From positions 1,432 to 65,431 of the forward strand of contig CANIEV010000002.1 in the NCBI GenBank assembly GCA_947466535.1: a DNA stretch of 64,000 nucleotides. The letters are read 5' to 3'. The notes under the pieces were generated by a model, which was not told where the DNA came from, did no database searches, and saw only the letters and a list, made by a program, of their open reading frames with translations. Positions 9,975 to 17,992 of this stretch are shown piece after piece. Source of the stretch: Betaproteobacteria bacterium. Lineage in GTDB: Bacteria; Pseudomonadota; Gammaproteobacteria; Burkholderiales; SG8-39. The position numbers and the translations under genes were made by a program. Numbering within the stretch: position 1 is the first letter of the stretch; every line of letters begins with the position of its first letter.

Positions 9975-10967
9975 TCAATCCGCGCGGATATGCGCAGCAT
10001 CCACGACGCGCGTCCAGCGGGCGAGTTCCGACTTCAATGTCTGCGCCATGCGGTCGGGCGTGCCGCCCGCTGCGCTCAGTCCCTGTTTCGCGAGCAGTTC
10101 GCGGAGCTCGGGCTGGCGGAGGATGCTGTTCAGATCGGTGTTGATGCGGGCGATCACCGCTGGCGGCGTTCCGGCGGGGGCCAGCAGGCCGTACCAGGTC
10201 TCGACTTCGAGGTCCGGGTAGCCGACTTCGCGGATGGTTGGCACATCCGGAAACGCGGCTGAACGTTCGCCTCCGAGCACGGCCAGCATGCGCAGCTTCC
10301 CGCCGTGGATATACGGCCCGACGGTCTGCAGCGCGGTGATCATCGCCTGCACATGACCGCCCACCAGATCGGCAAGCGCACCGCCCGAGCCCTTGTAGGG
10401 CACGTGGACGAGCTCGATCCGCGTGTCGAGTTTTAGCAGTTCCATCGCAAGATGCTGCGGCGTGCCGTTGCCGGGCGAGGAGTAGTGCAATTTTCCCGGT
10501 TGCGCGCGCGCCGTATCGATGAATTCGCGCACCGAGTTCGCGTTGAGCTGCGGCGAGACGACGACGGCCATTGCACTGGTGGCGATCTGGATGACCGGCG
10601 CGAAGCTTGCGACCGGGTCGAACGGCAGCCTTCGATTCAGCGCGGGATTGGTGCCGAAGGCGGTTGCGGTGCAAAGCAGTGTGTAGCCGTCGGGCGACGC
10701 CTTTGCCACGAATTCCGCGCCGATGTTGCCGCTTGCGCCTGCGCGGTTCTCGGTGACCACCGCCGCCTTCCAGCGCTCGGCGAGCCGCGGACCGAGTGCG
10801 CGAGAAAGAATATCGGCACCGGTCCCCGGGGTGTACGGCACGACGATCTGCACGATGCCGGACGGGTAACGGTCCTGCGCCGACGCGTGCAATGCGGGGA
10901 CGAGCAGCGCGAATACGACTGCAAAAACGCGCATGAATGATGCAGCGATTCGCACGGCCCGGATCAC
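9975..10967 (-). CDS. Bug family (TctC-like) substrate-binding protein
   Basis: IVQIVVPYTPGTGAD and VPYKGSGGA motifs. The ATG at 10967 forms an ATGA overlap with the upstream Bug gene. An alternative ATG lies at 10934. Confidence 0.85.
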   Translation of the reverse strand: MIRAVRIAASFMRVFAVVFALLVPALHASAQDRYPSGIVQIVVPYTPGTGADILSRALGPRLAERWKAAVVTENRAGASGNIGAEFVAKASPDGYTLLCTATAFGTNPALNRRLPFDPVASFAPVIQIATSAMAVVVSPQLNANSVREFIDTARAQPGKLHYSSPGNGTPQHLAMELLKLDTRIELVHVPYKGSGGALADLVGGHVQAMITALQTVGPYIHGGKLRMLAVLGGERSAAFPDVPTIREVGYPDLEVETWYGLLAPAGTPPAVIARINTDLNSILRQPELRELLAKQGLSAAGGTPDRMAQTLKSELARWTRVVDAAHIRAD

Positions 10968-11950
10968 TCCGGCTGGATGCCAATGGAACTCACGAGTTTT
11001 GCAAAGCGCGCGACGTCGCGTTTCACGGTGTCGAGCATTTCTTCAGGAGTGCTTCCGAAGGGGTCGAGGCCGACCTTCGACAGGCGTTCAGCGACGTCGG
11101 GCTGGGCGAGGATGCGTTTGATATCCGCGCTCAGCTTCGCGATGACCGGGCGCGGCGAACCCGCGGCGGCCGCGAATCCGAAAAAGGTGAAGGCGAGCGT
11201 GTCGTCCCCGCCCCCGGCTTCTGCCATTGTCGGCACGTTCGGCAGCAGGGGCGAGCGCTTGGGTGCGCCGATCGCGAGCGCACGCACCCGGCCGTCGCGG
11301 ATATGACCGAGCAGGCTGGGCGGTGTGGCGATGGTGACTCCGACTTCGCCCGCGACCGCGGCGGCCACCGCGGGCGCGCCGCCCTTGTAGGGCACATGCG
11401 TGAGCTTGATGCCGAGCCGCTGGTTTAGCGCTTCGAAGTTGAGATGCGGCATGCTGCCGATGCCGTAGCTTGCGTAGTTGATCGTGTCGGGCTTTGCCCT
11501 GGCAAGCCGAACCAGGTCATCCAGCGTGTTGGCGCCGATGGCGGCGTTGGCCACCAGTACATACGCGCCCACGGTGGCGATGCCGATGTAGTCGAAATCC
11601 CGGGTGGGATCGTAGGGAAGCTTCTTGTACAGGCTGGGATTGATGCCGAGCGCGCCGCGGTCGGTGAGCAGCAGCGTGTAGCCGTCGGGTGCGGACTTCG
11701 AAACCGCGTCGGTGCCGACACTGCCGTTCGCGCCGGCGCGGTTGTCCACCACCACCGGCTGGCCGTAGGCCTCCGAGAGTTTTTGCGCCACCGTTCGCGC
11801 AGTGAGGTCGGCGCCCGCGCCCGGCGGAAAGGCGACGATCATGCGCATGGGGCGGTTGGGATAGTCGGTCTGGGCGTGGAGTGCGGGTGTGACGAGGCCG
11901 AGCGCGACGAGAATTGCAGCGGCGAGGGACTTGCGATGAATCGATGTCAT
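10964..11950 (-). CDS. Bug family (TctC-like) substrate-binding protein
   Basis: Signal peptide ending LHAQ, then PMRMIVAFPPGAGAD and VPYKGGAPA. The ATG at 11950 is preceded by AAGGAA. Confidence 0.9.
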   Translation of the reverse strand: MTSIHRKSLAAAILVALGLVTPALHAQTDYPNRPMRMIVAFPPGAGADLTARTVAQKLSEAYGQPVVVDNRAGANGSVGTDAVSKSAPDGYTLLLTDRGALGINPSLYKKLPYDPTRDFDYIGIATVGAYVLVANAAIGANTLDDLVRLARAKPDTINYASYGIGSMPHLNFEALNQRLGIKLTHVPYKGGAPAVAAAVAGEVGVTIATPPSLLGHIRDGRVRALAIGAPKRSPLLPNVPTMAEAGGGDDTLAFTFFGFAAAAGSPRPVIAKLSADIKRILAQPDVAERLSKVGLDPFGSTPEEMLDTVKRDVARFAKLVSSIGIQPE

Positions 11951-12132
11951 CGGGATTCCTTGTTGTTTGCGATACGTACCGGCACGAACGGGATGCATGT
12001 GAAAAATGCATGGGCGCACGGATCGGTCCGGACGGGTGCAGTCGGTGGTGTGACGCGGTTTGTACCGGGTGTGCGTCGCAACGCGGAGGCGTGCGGACGC
12101 AACTACATTGAACTCCTTCTCCTGCCGCTAGC

Positions 12133-13563
12133 TTAGAGGGGCGGGCCCGATGCGTCAAAACGCTGATCTGCGGATGCAAGATCGGCGAAGACATGCTGTT
12201 CTTCGCTGCCCGGATCACGCCTGAGAAAGGCAGCAAGGATGCGGAAGTTCTCGAGTTCGAAACGGCGCTCGCGGGTGAGGGCGAGTTCGCGGGCGGCGGA
12301 TTCGGTTTCGGCTCGTCCGAGAAAACACCAGCGATCGAACACCAGCCATTCATCGAACCCCTCACGGAATTCGCGTACCGCGAGCGGGCCGTCGTGCGGC
12401 CACGCCTGAAAGCGACGGGGCGCGAGGGTGTCGAACAGGCGAGCGCGGTGGGAGTCTGCGGATTCGCCGCCGCAGCAGGCGCCGCGGCAGCGGCGGATCT
12501 GGTAGCCGAAGCAGGGACCGGATCCGCGCTCCAGGCCGAGCGCCTTGGCGCAGAGTTCGTGCTCGCGGACGAGATCGATCAGGTGCATCCGTGCCGACTG
12601 ACGCGACGAGTACACCCCGTAGGAGTCGGCGAGTTCCTCTAGTGTGGAGATTGCCGCGAGGGGAAATTTCGGCCGGCCGCGGTCGAGGTCGAGCATCAAC
12701 GCGACCGCGTTGTCGCGCCGGCGCAGCCTCGCGTTGTGCGCAGGCATGCGCTCGCGCACCCATTCGGCCTCGAGAAGCAGGGCGCCGAGCTCACCCGCGG
12801 TCTCGTGCCATTCGAGGTCCTCGATCTCCTGCGAGATGCGCGCCTCGCGGTCGCGTCGATAGTCGCCGGAGAAATGCGCCGCCACGCGGTCGCGAAGATC
12901 GAGGCTTTTGCCGATGTACACCGGATGGCCGCCGGCGCCAAGGAAGACATAGACGCCGGGCGCGTGCGGCACCGCGGCCAGTCGCTCCGGCGGCAGGTTC
13001 TTCGGCAGGCTCGGCTGGCGCAGCAGGCGCCGCACAGCGGCATCGATTTCATCCTGCGGCAACTCGCGGTACAGCAGTTCGATGAAGCGCAGGAGGATGC
13101 GTGCGTCACCGCTTGCGCGATGGCGGTCGGCCTGGTCAAGCCGGTGCCGCGCGACGATCGCATCCAGCCCGTGCCCGCTTCGCTCCGGATAGAGCGCTCT
13201 GGACAACCGTGCGGTGCAAACTGTCTTTGCGGAAAAACTGCGGCCGGTGCGTTCGAATTCGGCCTTGAGGAAGCCGTAGTCGAAGCGCACGTTGTGGGCG
13301 ACGAGGACCCGTCCTTCAAGTAGTTCGGCAAGTTGGTCGGCGATCGCATCGAATCCCGGCGCGTCCTTCACCATCGAATCGCTGATGCCGGTGAGACCGC
13401 GGATCTCCGGTGGTATCGGGATGCCCGGATTGATCAGGCTGGACCATTCACCGACAAGGCGACCGTCATCGATCTCGAGCACGGCGATTTCCGTGACCCG
13501 GTCGGTGCGCGCCGACATGCCGGTGGTCTCCAGATCGACGATCGCAAGGCGGGGCGCAAGCAT
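12133..13563 (-). CDS. DnaQ-like 3'-5' exonuclease fused to a GIY-YIG (UvrC/Cho-like) nuclease domain
   Basis: The N-terminus shows the DEDDh motifs IVDLETTG, LVAHNVRFDYGFL and HRASGDA. The central part shows the GIY-YIG motifs PGVYVFLG, HPVYIGKS and GELGALLLEAEW. Confidence 0.85.
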   Translation of the reverse strand: MLAPRLAIVDLETTGMSARTDRVTEIAVLEIDDGRLVGEWSSLINPGIPIPPEIRGLTGISDSMVKDAPGFDAIADQLAELLEGRVLVAHNVRFDYGFLKAEFERTGRSFSAKTVCTARLSRALYPERSGHGLDAIVARHRLDQADRHRASGDARILLRFIELLYRELPQDEIDAAVRRLLRQPSLPKNLPPERLAAVPHAPGVYVFLGAGGHPVYIGKSLDLRDRVAAHFSGDYRRDREARISQEIEDLEWHETAGELGALLLEAEWVRERMPAHNARLRRRDNAVALMLDLDRGRPKFPLAAISTLEELADSYGVYSSRQSARMHLIDLVREHELCAKALGLERGSGPCFGYQIRRCRGACCGGESADSHRARLFDTLAPRRFQAWPHDGPLAVREFREGFDEWLVFDRWCFLGRAETESAARELALTRERRFELENFRILAAFLRRDPGSEEQHVFADLASADQRFDASGPPL

Positions 13564-13590
13564 GCGAGGGATCTTACCTGCCGGACAAAA

Positions 13591-13733
13591 GACAACAGGC
13601 CCGAGTTACTACAACGGTCCGGCAATAGACAACGGGCCCGAGCTGTTACGACGGGCCCGGGAAAAGACAACGGGCCCGAGAGCTATTACCACGGGGCCCG
13701 AAAAGACAACGGGCCCCGAGAGGGGCCCGTTGC
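13591..13733. repeat. tandem array of GGGCCC-containing repeats (about 19-bp sub-repeat, about 38-bp hairpin unit)
   Basis: There are seven direct copies of (G/T)AC(A/G/C)ACGG(G)CCCG starting at 13591, 13610, 13628, 13647, 13666, 13687 and 13705. One inverted copy lies at 13722..13732. Adjacent copies can pair as hairpins: 13633-13640/13652-13659, 13671-13677/13694-13700 and 13707-13717/13722-13732. Confidence 0.9.
13707..13732 (-). terminator. intrinsic terminator downstream of the phasin gene
   Basis: Perfect 11-bp stem CAACGGGCCCC/GGGGCCCGTTG with loop GAGA. On the minus strand it is followed by TCTTTTC. It starts about 50 nt after the phasin stop codon. Confidence 0.65.
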
Positions 13734-13780
13734 TCACACCGACAGAAGGAGGAGGAGTACTGAGGGTGTGAAAGCTTGTA

Positions 13781-14317
13781 TTACGCAGCCTTTTTCTTGA
13801 CTTCCTTGGTGACGCTGGTGGCGGCGCTGAAATTCGCTTCCGCGATTTCGGTCGCCTGCTTGGTCACCTTGGTGAGGCTGTCGTAGGCCGAGTTGGCCGC
13901 GGCGAGCGCGGACTTGACCGCGGCAACCGCCACATCGGAGCCGGCCGGCGCGTTCTTCGCAACCTTGTCCAGCATGCTGACGACGTTCTTGTTGTACTCG
14001 GTGGCCTGGCCTTCGAACAGCTTGGTGACTTCGGCCTGGGCCTGGTTCGCCACGTCATAGACACTGCGCGAGTAGGCGAGGGCTTTTTCGATCGTCGGCT
14101 GGGCGACAGCGGCGTTCAGATTCACCAGTTCCTGCACATCCTTGACGCCAAGCAGCGCCTTGGTGTGGCCGATGCTCTCTTCGAAGATGGCCTTGGTGGT
14201 GTTGAAGTTCAGCGCGGAAAGACGCTCGAACGCGGCGAACTGTGCGTGCGCCAGCGCGATGACGGCTTCCATGCCTGCTTTGTTCGATGCCACAACTTGC
14301 TCGGGGGTTACGTACAT
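13781..14317 (-). CDS. phaP: phasin family protein (PHA granule-associated)
   Basis: MYVTPEQVVASNKAGMEAVIALAHAQFAAFERLSALNFNTTKA is a typical betaproteobacterial phasin N-terminus, and the protein is Ala-rich and helical. AAGGAGA RBS precedes the ATG at 14317. Confidence 0.85.
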   Translation of the reverse strand: MYVTPEQVVASNKAGMEAVIALAHAQFAAFERLSALNFNTTKAIFEESIGHTKALLGVKDVQELVNLNAAVAQPTIEKALAYSRSVYDVANQAQAEVTKLFEGQATEYNKNVVSMLDKVAKNAPAGSDVAVAAVKSALAAANSAYDSLTKVTKQATEIAEANFSAATSVTKEVKKKAA

Positions 14318-14390
14318 GTCAAAGTCTCCTTTGGGTTTCCCGCGGCAAGGCGGGGAAATAAGTGATCTCATCAGCGGTTTGGCGACTTAT

Positions 14391-14403
14391 GTTGCGTCGC
14401 AAC
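14391..14403. promoter_or_regulatory. TGC-rich palindrome GTTGCGTCGCAAC just downstream of the phasin -10; candidate PhaR-type operator
   Basis: A 13-bp perfect dyad lies 8 nt from the -10 element. A second TGC-rich segment, TGCGCTGCAGCA (14450..14461), lies just upstream of the -35. Confidence 0.3.
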
Positions 14404-14410
14404 AAAACCA

Positions 14411-14438
14411 ATTCTACTGGAAAATCAGGCGCTGTCAA
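14411..14438 (-). promoter_or_regulatory. sigma70-type promoter of the phasin gene
   Basis: The minus strand reads TTGACA, a 16-nt spacer, then TAGAAT. This lies about 95 nt upstream of the phasin ATG. Confidence 0.6.
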
Positions 14439-14644
14439 GAAATTCTTCTGCGCTGCAGCAAAAATTAACGGGTCGCGTAAAACCGCTCTGAAAACAAGGG
14501 TTTGTGTCGGGCAGGTGTGCCGGCATAGTGCGTGGTCACGGCGAAAACGCCGAATTTTGTTGCATCGCCCTTTTTTGGGCGCACCGCCGGATTCAATGTA
14601 TTGAAATCAAACACTTTAGTGGCACTCTACTGTCGCCTTTCGGG

Positions 14645-15556
14645 ATGCGGCCGGTGAACGCGAGTGCATCCGCGCCCGGATTCTGGATCCGCGCGACTCC
14701 GCTCCTGTTCGTGTTCTTCTGGAGCACCGGATTCATCGCGGCGAAGGCGGGCCTCCTGCACGCCGGGCCGATGACTTTCCTGTTGTTGCGCTTCGCACTG
14801 GTGGTGGCCCTGATGCTCCCGATCACGCTCGCTTTCCGTGCGCCCTGGCCATCGACGCCGATGCAGTGGGTGCATATCGCGGTGGTGGGCTTGCTGGTGC
14901 AGGGCGGATACCTCGGCGGCGTGTTCTCAGCGATCCACGCGGGCCTTGCGGCCGGGCTTGCAGCGCTCATCTGCGGTCTCCAGCCGATACTCACCGCCTT
15001 CATCGCCGCACCGGTGCTCGGCGAGCGCGTGACGCGACGCCAGTGGACCGGTCTGCTCCTCGGATTGGCGGGCGTTGCCCTGGTGCTTGAGCAGAAACTG
15101 GATTTTTCAGGCGCCTCGGTATTCAGCGTGGGCCTGGTGCTGGTGGCGCTTGTTTCGATTACCGTCGGGACGGTCTATCAAAAGCGGTTCTGCCCGACCT
15201 TCGACCTTCGCAGCGGCTCGGTGATCCAGTTCGTCGCTGCCGCGTTCCTGCTGCTGCCGTTCGCTTTGCTTACCGAGACCCTGGCAGTGGACTGGACGCC
15301 GTCATTCGTGATCGCGCTCTTGCACCTCGTGCTGGTGCTCTCGATCGTGTCGATTTCGTTGCTTGCGCTGATCATCCGTCGCGGTGCGGCAACACAGGTG
15401 GCGAGCCTGTTCTATCTCACGCCACCTGTGACCGCAGTCGAGGCGTGGCTTCTTTTCGACGAGACGCTCGGCGGCTGGGCACTTGCGGGCATGGTGCTCG
15501 CGGTGGCGGGTGTCGCGCTCGTCGTCAATCAGGGTGGACAGCGCACGGGACGGTAA
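14645..15556 (+). CDS. DMT superfamily (EamA-like) transporter
   Basis: The protein is a multi-helix hydrophobic type with two EamA-like halves. The ATG at 14645 was chosen so that the protein starts just before the first TM helix. Confidence 0.8.
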   Translation: MRPVNASASAPGFWIRATPLLFVFFWSTGFIAAKAGLLHAGPMTFLLLRFALVVALMLPITLAFRAPWPSTPMQWVHIAVVGLLVQGGYLGGVFSAIHAGLAAGLAALICGLQPILTAFIAAPVLGERVTRRQWTGLLLGLAGVALVLEQKLDFSGASVFSVGLVLVALVSITVGTVYQKRFCPTFDLRSGSVIQFVAAAFLLLPFALLTETLAVDWTPSFVIALLHLVLVLSIVSISLLALIIRRGAATQVASLFYLTPPVTAVEAWLLFDETLGGWALAGMVLAVAGVALVVNQGGQRTGR

Positions 15557-15612
15557 AATCGGGGCTCCCTGCGATCATGTAGTGCCCTTTTTTAAATCCT
15601 CCCGCCAACCCG

Positions 15613-16050
15613 ATGAGCAAACTTTTACCCCTGCATCGCAGCGAATTTCGCCATTTTCAGGCGATACAGACCCGCTGGATGGACAACGACGCCTACCGGC
15701 ATGTAAACAACGTCGTGTACTACTCCTTCTTCGACACGGTCGTGAACGGTTATCTGATTTCGAAGGGCGTGCTTGATCTCGACGCGAGCGAGGTGATCGG
15801 TCTGGTGGTGGAGACGCGCTGCAACTATTTCAGTCCGATCGCATTTCCCGACACGGTGCATGCGGGCATGCGGGTGGCGAAACTGGGCAATTCGAGTGTT
15901 CGCTACGAGGTGGGCATCTTCAGGAATGACGCACAGGAGACCTCCGCCCAGGGGCATTTCGTTCATGTCTATGTCGACCGGGCAAGCAACCGTCCGGTTC
16001 CGATTCCCGCCGCGGTGCGCGCCGTGCTCGAACCGCTGGTCGTGGCTTGA
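15613..16050 (+). CDS. acyl-CoA thioesterase, 4HBT/YbgC-like hotdog fold
   Basis: QTRWMDNDAYRHVNNVVYYSFFDT and GHFVHVYVD are typical of 4HBT-type thioesterases. Confidence 0.8.
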   Translation: MSKLLPLHRSEFRHFQAIQTRWMDNDAYRHVNNVVYYSFFDTVVNGYLISKGVLDLDASEVIGLVVETRCNYFSPIAFPDTVHAGMRVAKLGNSSVRYEVGIFRNDAQETSAQGHFVHVYVDRASNRPVPIPAAVRAVLEPLVVA

Positions 16051-16141
16051 GTTCGCGGCGCAGGGTCGCCGGTCTGCGGTGTGCCCGATTGTGCGGGGGG
16101 CATTCGCCGTCGGTCGTGTGCGGCCGGACTCCGAGGCGCTT

Positions 16142-17062
16142 ATGAATGAGCGCATACCACTGCAGTTGTATGTATTGCTCGCGATGCTCTCAGTAGTCTG
16201 GGGATGCAACTGGCCGATCCTGAAGATCGTCCTCGGCGAAATGGCGCCGATGCATTTTCGTTCTTGGTGTCTCGGCGGGGGCGCGGTCGGACTCTCGCTG
16301 CTGGCGCTTGCCACGCGACAGTCGCTCGCAGTACCCAAGGGGGCCTGGCCCGCGCTGATTGCCGCCAGCTTGCTCAACGTCGGCGCATGGAACATCTGCG
16401 TTGCATTCGGCGTGCCCCTGCTTGAATCCGGGCGTGCGGCGATCCTGTCATTCACCTTTCCGGTATGGGGCGTCATCGCGGGGGCGCTGATCGCCAACGA
16501 GCCCCTGACACGGCGCCGGGTCGTCGGGGTGGCCCTCGGTCTCGCCGCGGTGCTGGTGCTGATCGGCGACGATCTTGCGGCACTCGGTCGATCGCCTATC
16601 GGCTCATCACTCATGCTCGGGGCGGCGGTTGGCTGGGCCATAGGCACGGCCGTGATGAAGCGCTGGCCGGTGCGCATGCCGGTGTTGTCCTACACCGCAT
16701 GGCAGATCGGGATCCCGGCGATACCGATCATCCTGATCGCGGCAGTCAACGAGCAGGGAAGCTTCAATCCGTTCTCGCTGTCGCTATGGCCGATGCTCGG
16801 GGTCGCGTACAACGTGTTCATCTGCTTCGTGTTCTGCTACTGGGCGTGGATGAAGGTTGCGACCAGCCTGCCGGTGGCGGTGTCGTCGCTCGGGACCTTG
16901 TTTGTTCCCGTGATCGGCCTGATCAGCGGTGCGTTGGTTCTTGGCGAGCGCCCGCATCTGAGCGACTACGTTGCGCTGGTTCTGGTGGTGGCCTCGATGG
17001 CGGTCGTGCTCATACCGGCGGATGTGTTTTCCCGCAGGGCGAAACGCGCGGGGGCGGAGTGA
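16142..17062 (+). CDS. DMT superfamily (EamA-like) transporter
   Basis: MNERIPLQLYVLLAMLSVVWGCNWPILK; 306 aa; 10-TM-like profile. Confidence 0.8.
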   Translation: MNERIPLQLYVLLAMLSVVWGCNWPILKIVLGEMAPMHFRSWCLGGGAVGLSLLALATRQSLAVPKGAWPALIAASLLNVGAWNICVAFGVPLLESGRAAILSFTFPVWGVIAGALIANEPLTRRRVVGVALGLAAVLVLIGDDLAALGRSPIGSSLMLGAAVGWAIGTAVMKRWPVRMPVLSYTAWQIGIPAIPIILIAAVNEQGSFNPFSLSLWPMLGVAYNVFICFVFCYWAWMKVATSLPVAVSSLGTLFVPVIGLISGALVLGERPHLSDYVALVLVVASMAVVLIPADVFSRRAKRAGAE

Positions 17063-17979
17063 GCCCCCGGACGGAGACATCCACGCTGCCCGGATCGGTG
17101 ATCTGGCTGCTCGTGGCCATGTCGCTTGTGTGGGGCGGCAACTGGCCGATCATGAAGCTGGTGATGGCGGAAATGCCGCCGCTTTCGTTCCGTGCGTTCT
17201 GCCTGCTCATCGGCTCCGCAGGACTGTTCCTGATTGCCATCGGGCGCGGAATATCGGTTCGTGTCCCCGAGGGGCAGTGGCCGAATCTCGTCACACAGGC
17301 GGTGCTCAACATGGCCGCCTGGAATGTTCTTGCGGTGTTCGGCTTGCGTTACATGGATTCGGGACGCGCGGCGATCATCGCCTACACCTTCCCGGTGTGG
17401 AGCACGCTGCTGTCGGTGTGGTGGCTGCGCGAGCCGCTGACCGTGCGAAAGGTCACCGGGCTTGTGCTCGGCATGGGCGGGATGGCCCTGCTCCTCGGCA
17501 GCGACATTGCCGCGGTCGGGCGTTCGCCCACGGGCGCGTTGCTGCTGAGTGCATCTGCGGTCTGCTGGGCGGTGGGGACGGTGGTGATGAAAAAGCGGCC
17601 GGTGGGACTGTCGCCCCTGCCGCTTGCTGCCTGGCAGGTACTCATCGCGTCGATTCCCTTGAGTGCGGGGGCGTTGATGTTCGAGAATGGCCCTTATCAT
17701 CCGTTCGGCTTGTCGCCCGGGCCGATGTTCGGGGTGCTCTACAACGCAATGGGCTCGTTCGTGTTCTGCAACTGGGCCTGGTTCAAGATTGCGAACTCCT
17801 CCTCGCCGAGCGTGTCTTCGTTGTCCACGCTGATCATTCCGGTGGTGGGCGTCATCTCGGGTGCACTGTTGCTTGGAGAGCGACCCGCTCCGGCCGATCT
17901 CGCGGCGCTGGCACTGGTCATCGCGGCTCTCGCCACGGTGATTCTTCCGCCCCGTAAAGCGCTTCGGAACGCGGCCTGA
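17059..17979 (+). CDS. DMT superfamily (EamA-like) transporter, tandem paralog
   Basis: GSVIWLLVAMSLVWGGNWPIMK parallels the upstream gene. The GTG at 17059 overlaps the upstream stop (GTGA). It is also 306 aa. The 504-aa ORF 16465..17979 is an out-of-context extension. Confidence 0.75.
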   Translation: MSPRTETSTLPGSVIWLLVAMSLVWGGNWPIMKLVMAEMPPLSFRAFCLLIGSAGLFLIAIGRGISVRVPEGQWPNLVTQAVLNMAAWNVLAVFGLRYMDSGRAAIIAYTFPVWSTLLSVWWLREPLTVRKVTGLVLGMGGMALLLGSDIAAVGRSPTGALLLSASAVCWAVGTVVMKKRPVGLSPLPLAAWQVLIASIPLSAGALMFENGPYHPFGLSPGPMFGVLYNAMGSFVFCNWAWFKIANSSSPSVSSLSTLIIPVVGVISGALLLGERPAPADLAALALVIAALATVILPPRKALRNAA

Positions 17980-17992
17980 GACAGCGCGCGGA

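Noticed and set aside
8228-10983. Very long ORFs 8228..10000 (590 aa) and 9190..10983 (597 aa) are listed. Similar chimeras occur at 2745..3806 and 16465..17979.
   Set aside because: Only the C-terminal part of each matches a protein family (Bug protein, class II aldolase, CinA-like, DMT). The N-terminal extensions are Arg/Pro/Ala-rich and overlap neighbouring real genes out of frame. Internal starts with an RBS give normal-length proteins.
12080-12095. The 11-mer TGCGTCGCAAC is shared between 12084 (upstream of the Bug operon) and the phasin operator-like dyad at 14393.
   Set aside because: A single exact 11-mer match within 64 kb is expected by chance many times over, and the 12084 copy is not part of a dyad.
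13591-13733. The roughly 38-bp periodic repeat could be a small CRISPR array.
   Set aside because: The units are contiguous with no unique spacers between them. The repeats are imperfect, and no cas genes are present in the window.
13292-13800. ORFs 13292..13771 (+) and 13333..13800 (+) run through the GGGCCC repeat array and give TTGP/DNGP-type repeat peptides.
   Set aside because: They lie antisense to the exonuclease gene, have no RBS, and their periodic peptide simply reflects the DNA repeat. The region is better explained as non-coding hairpin repeats.
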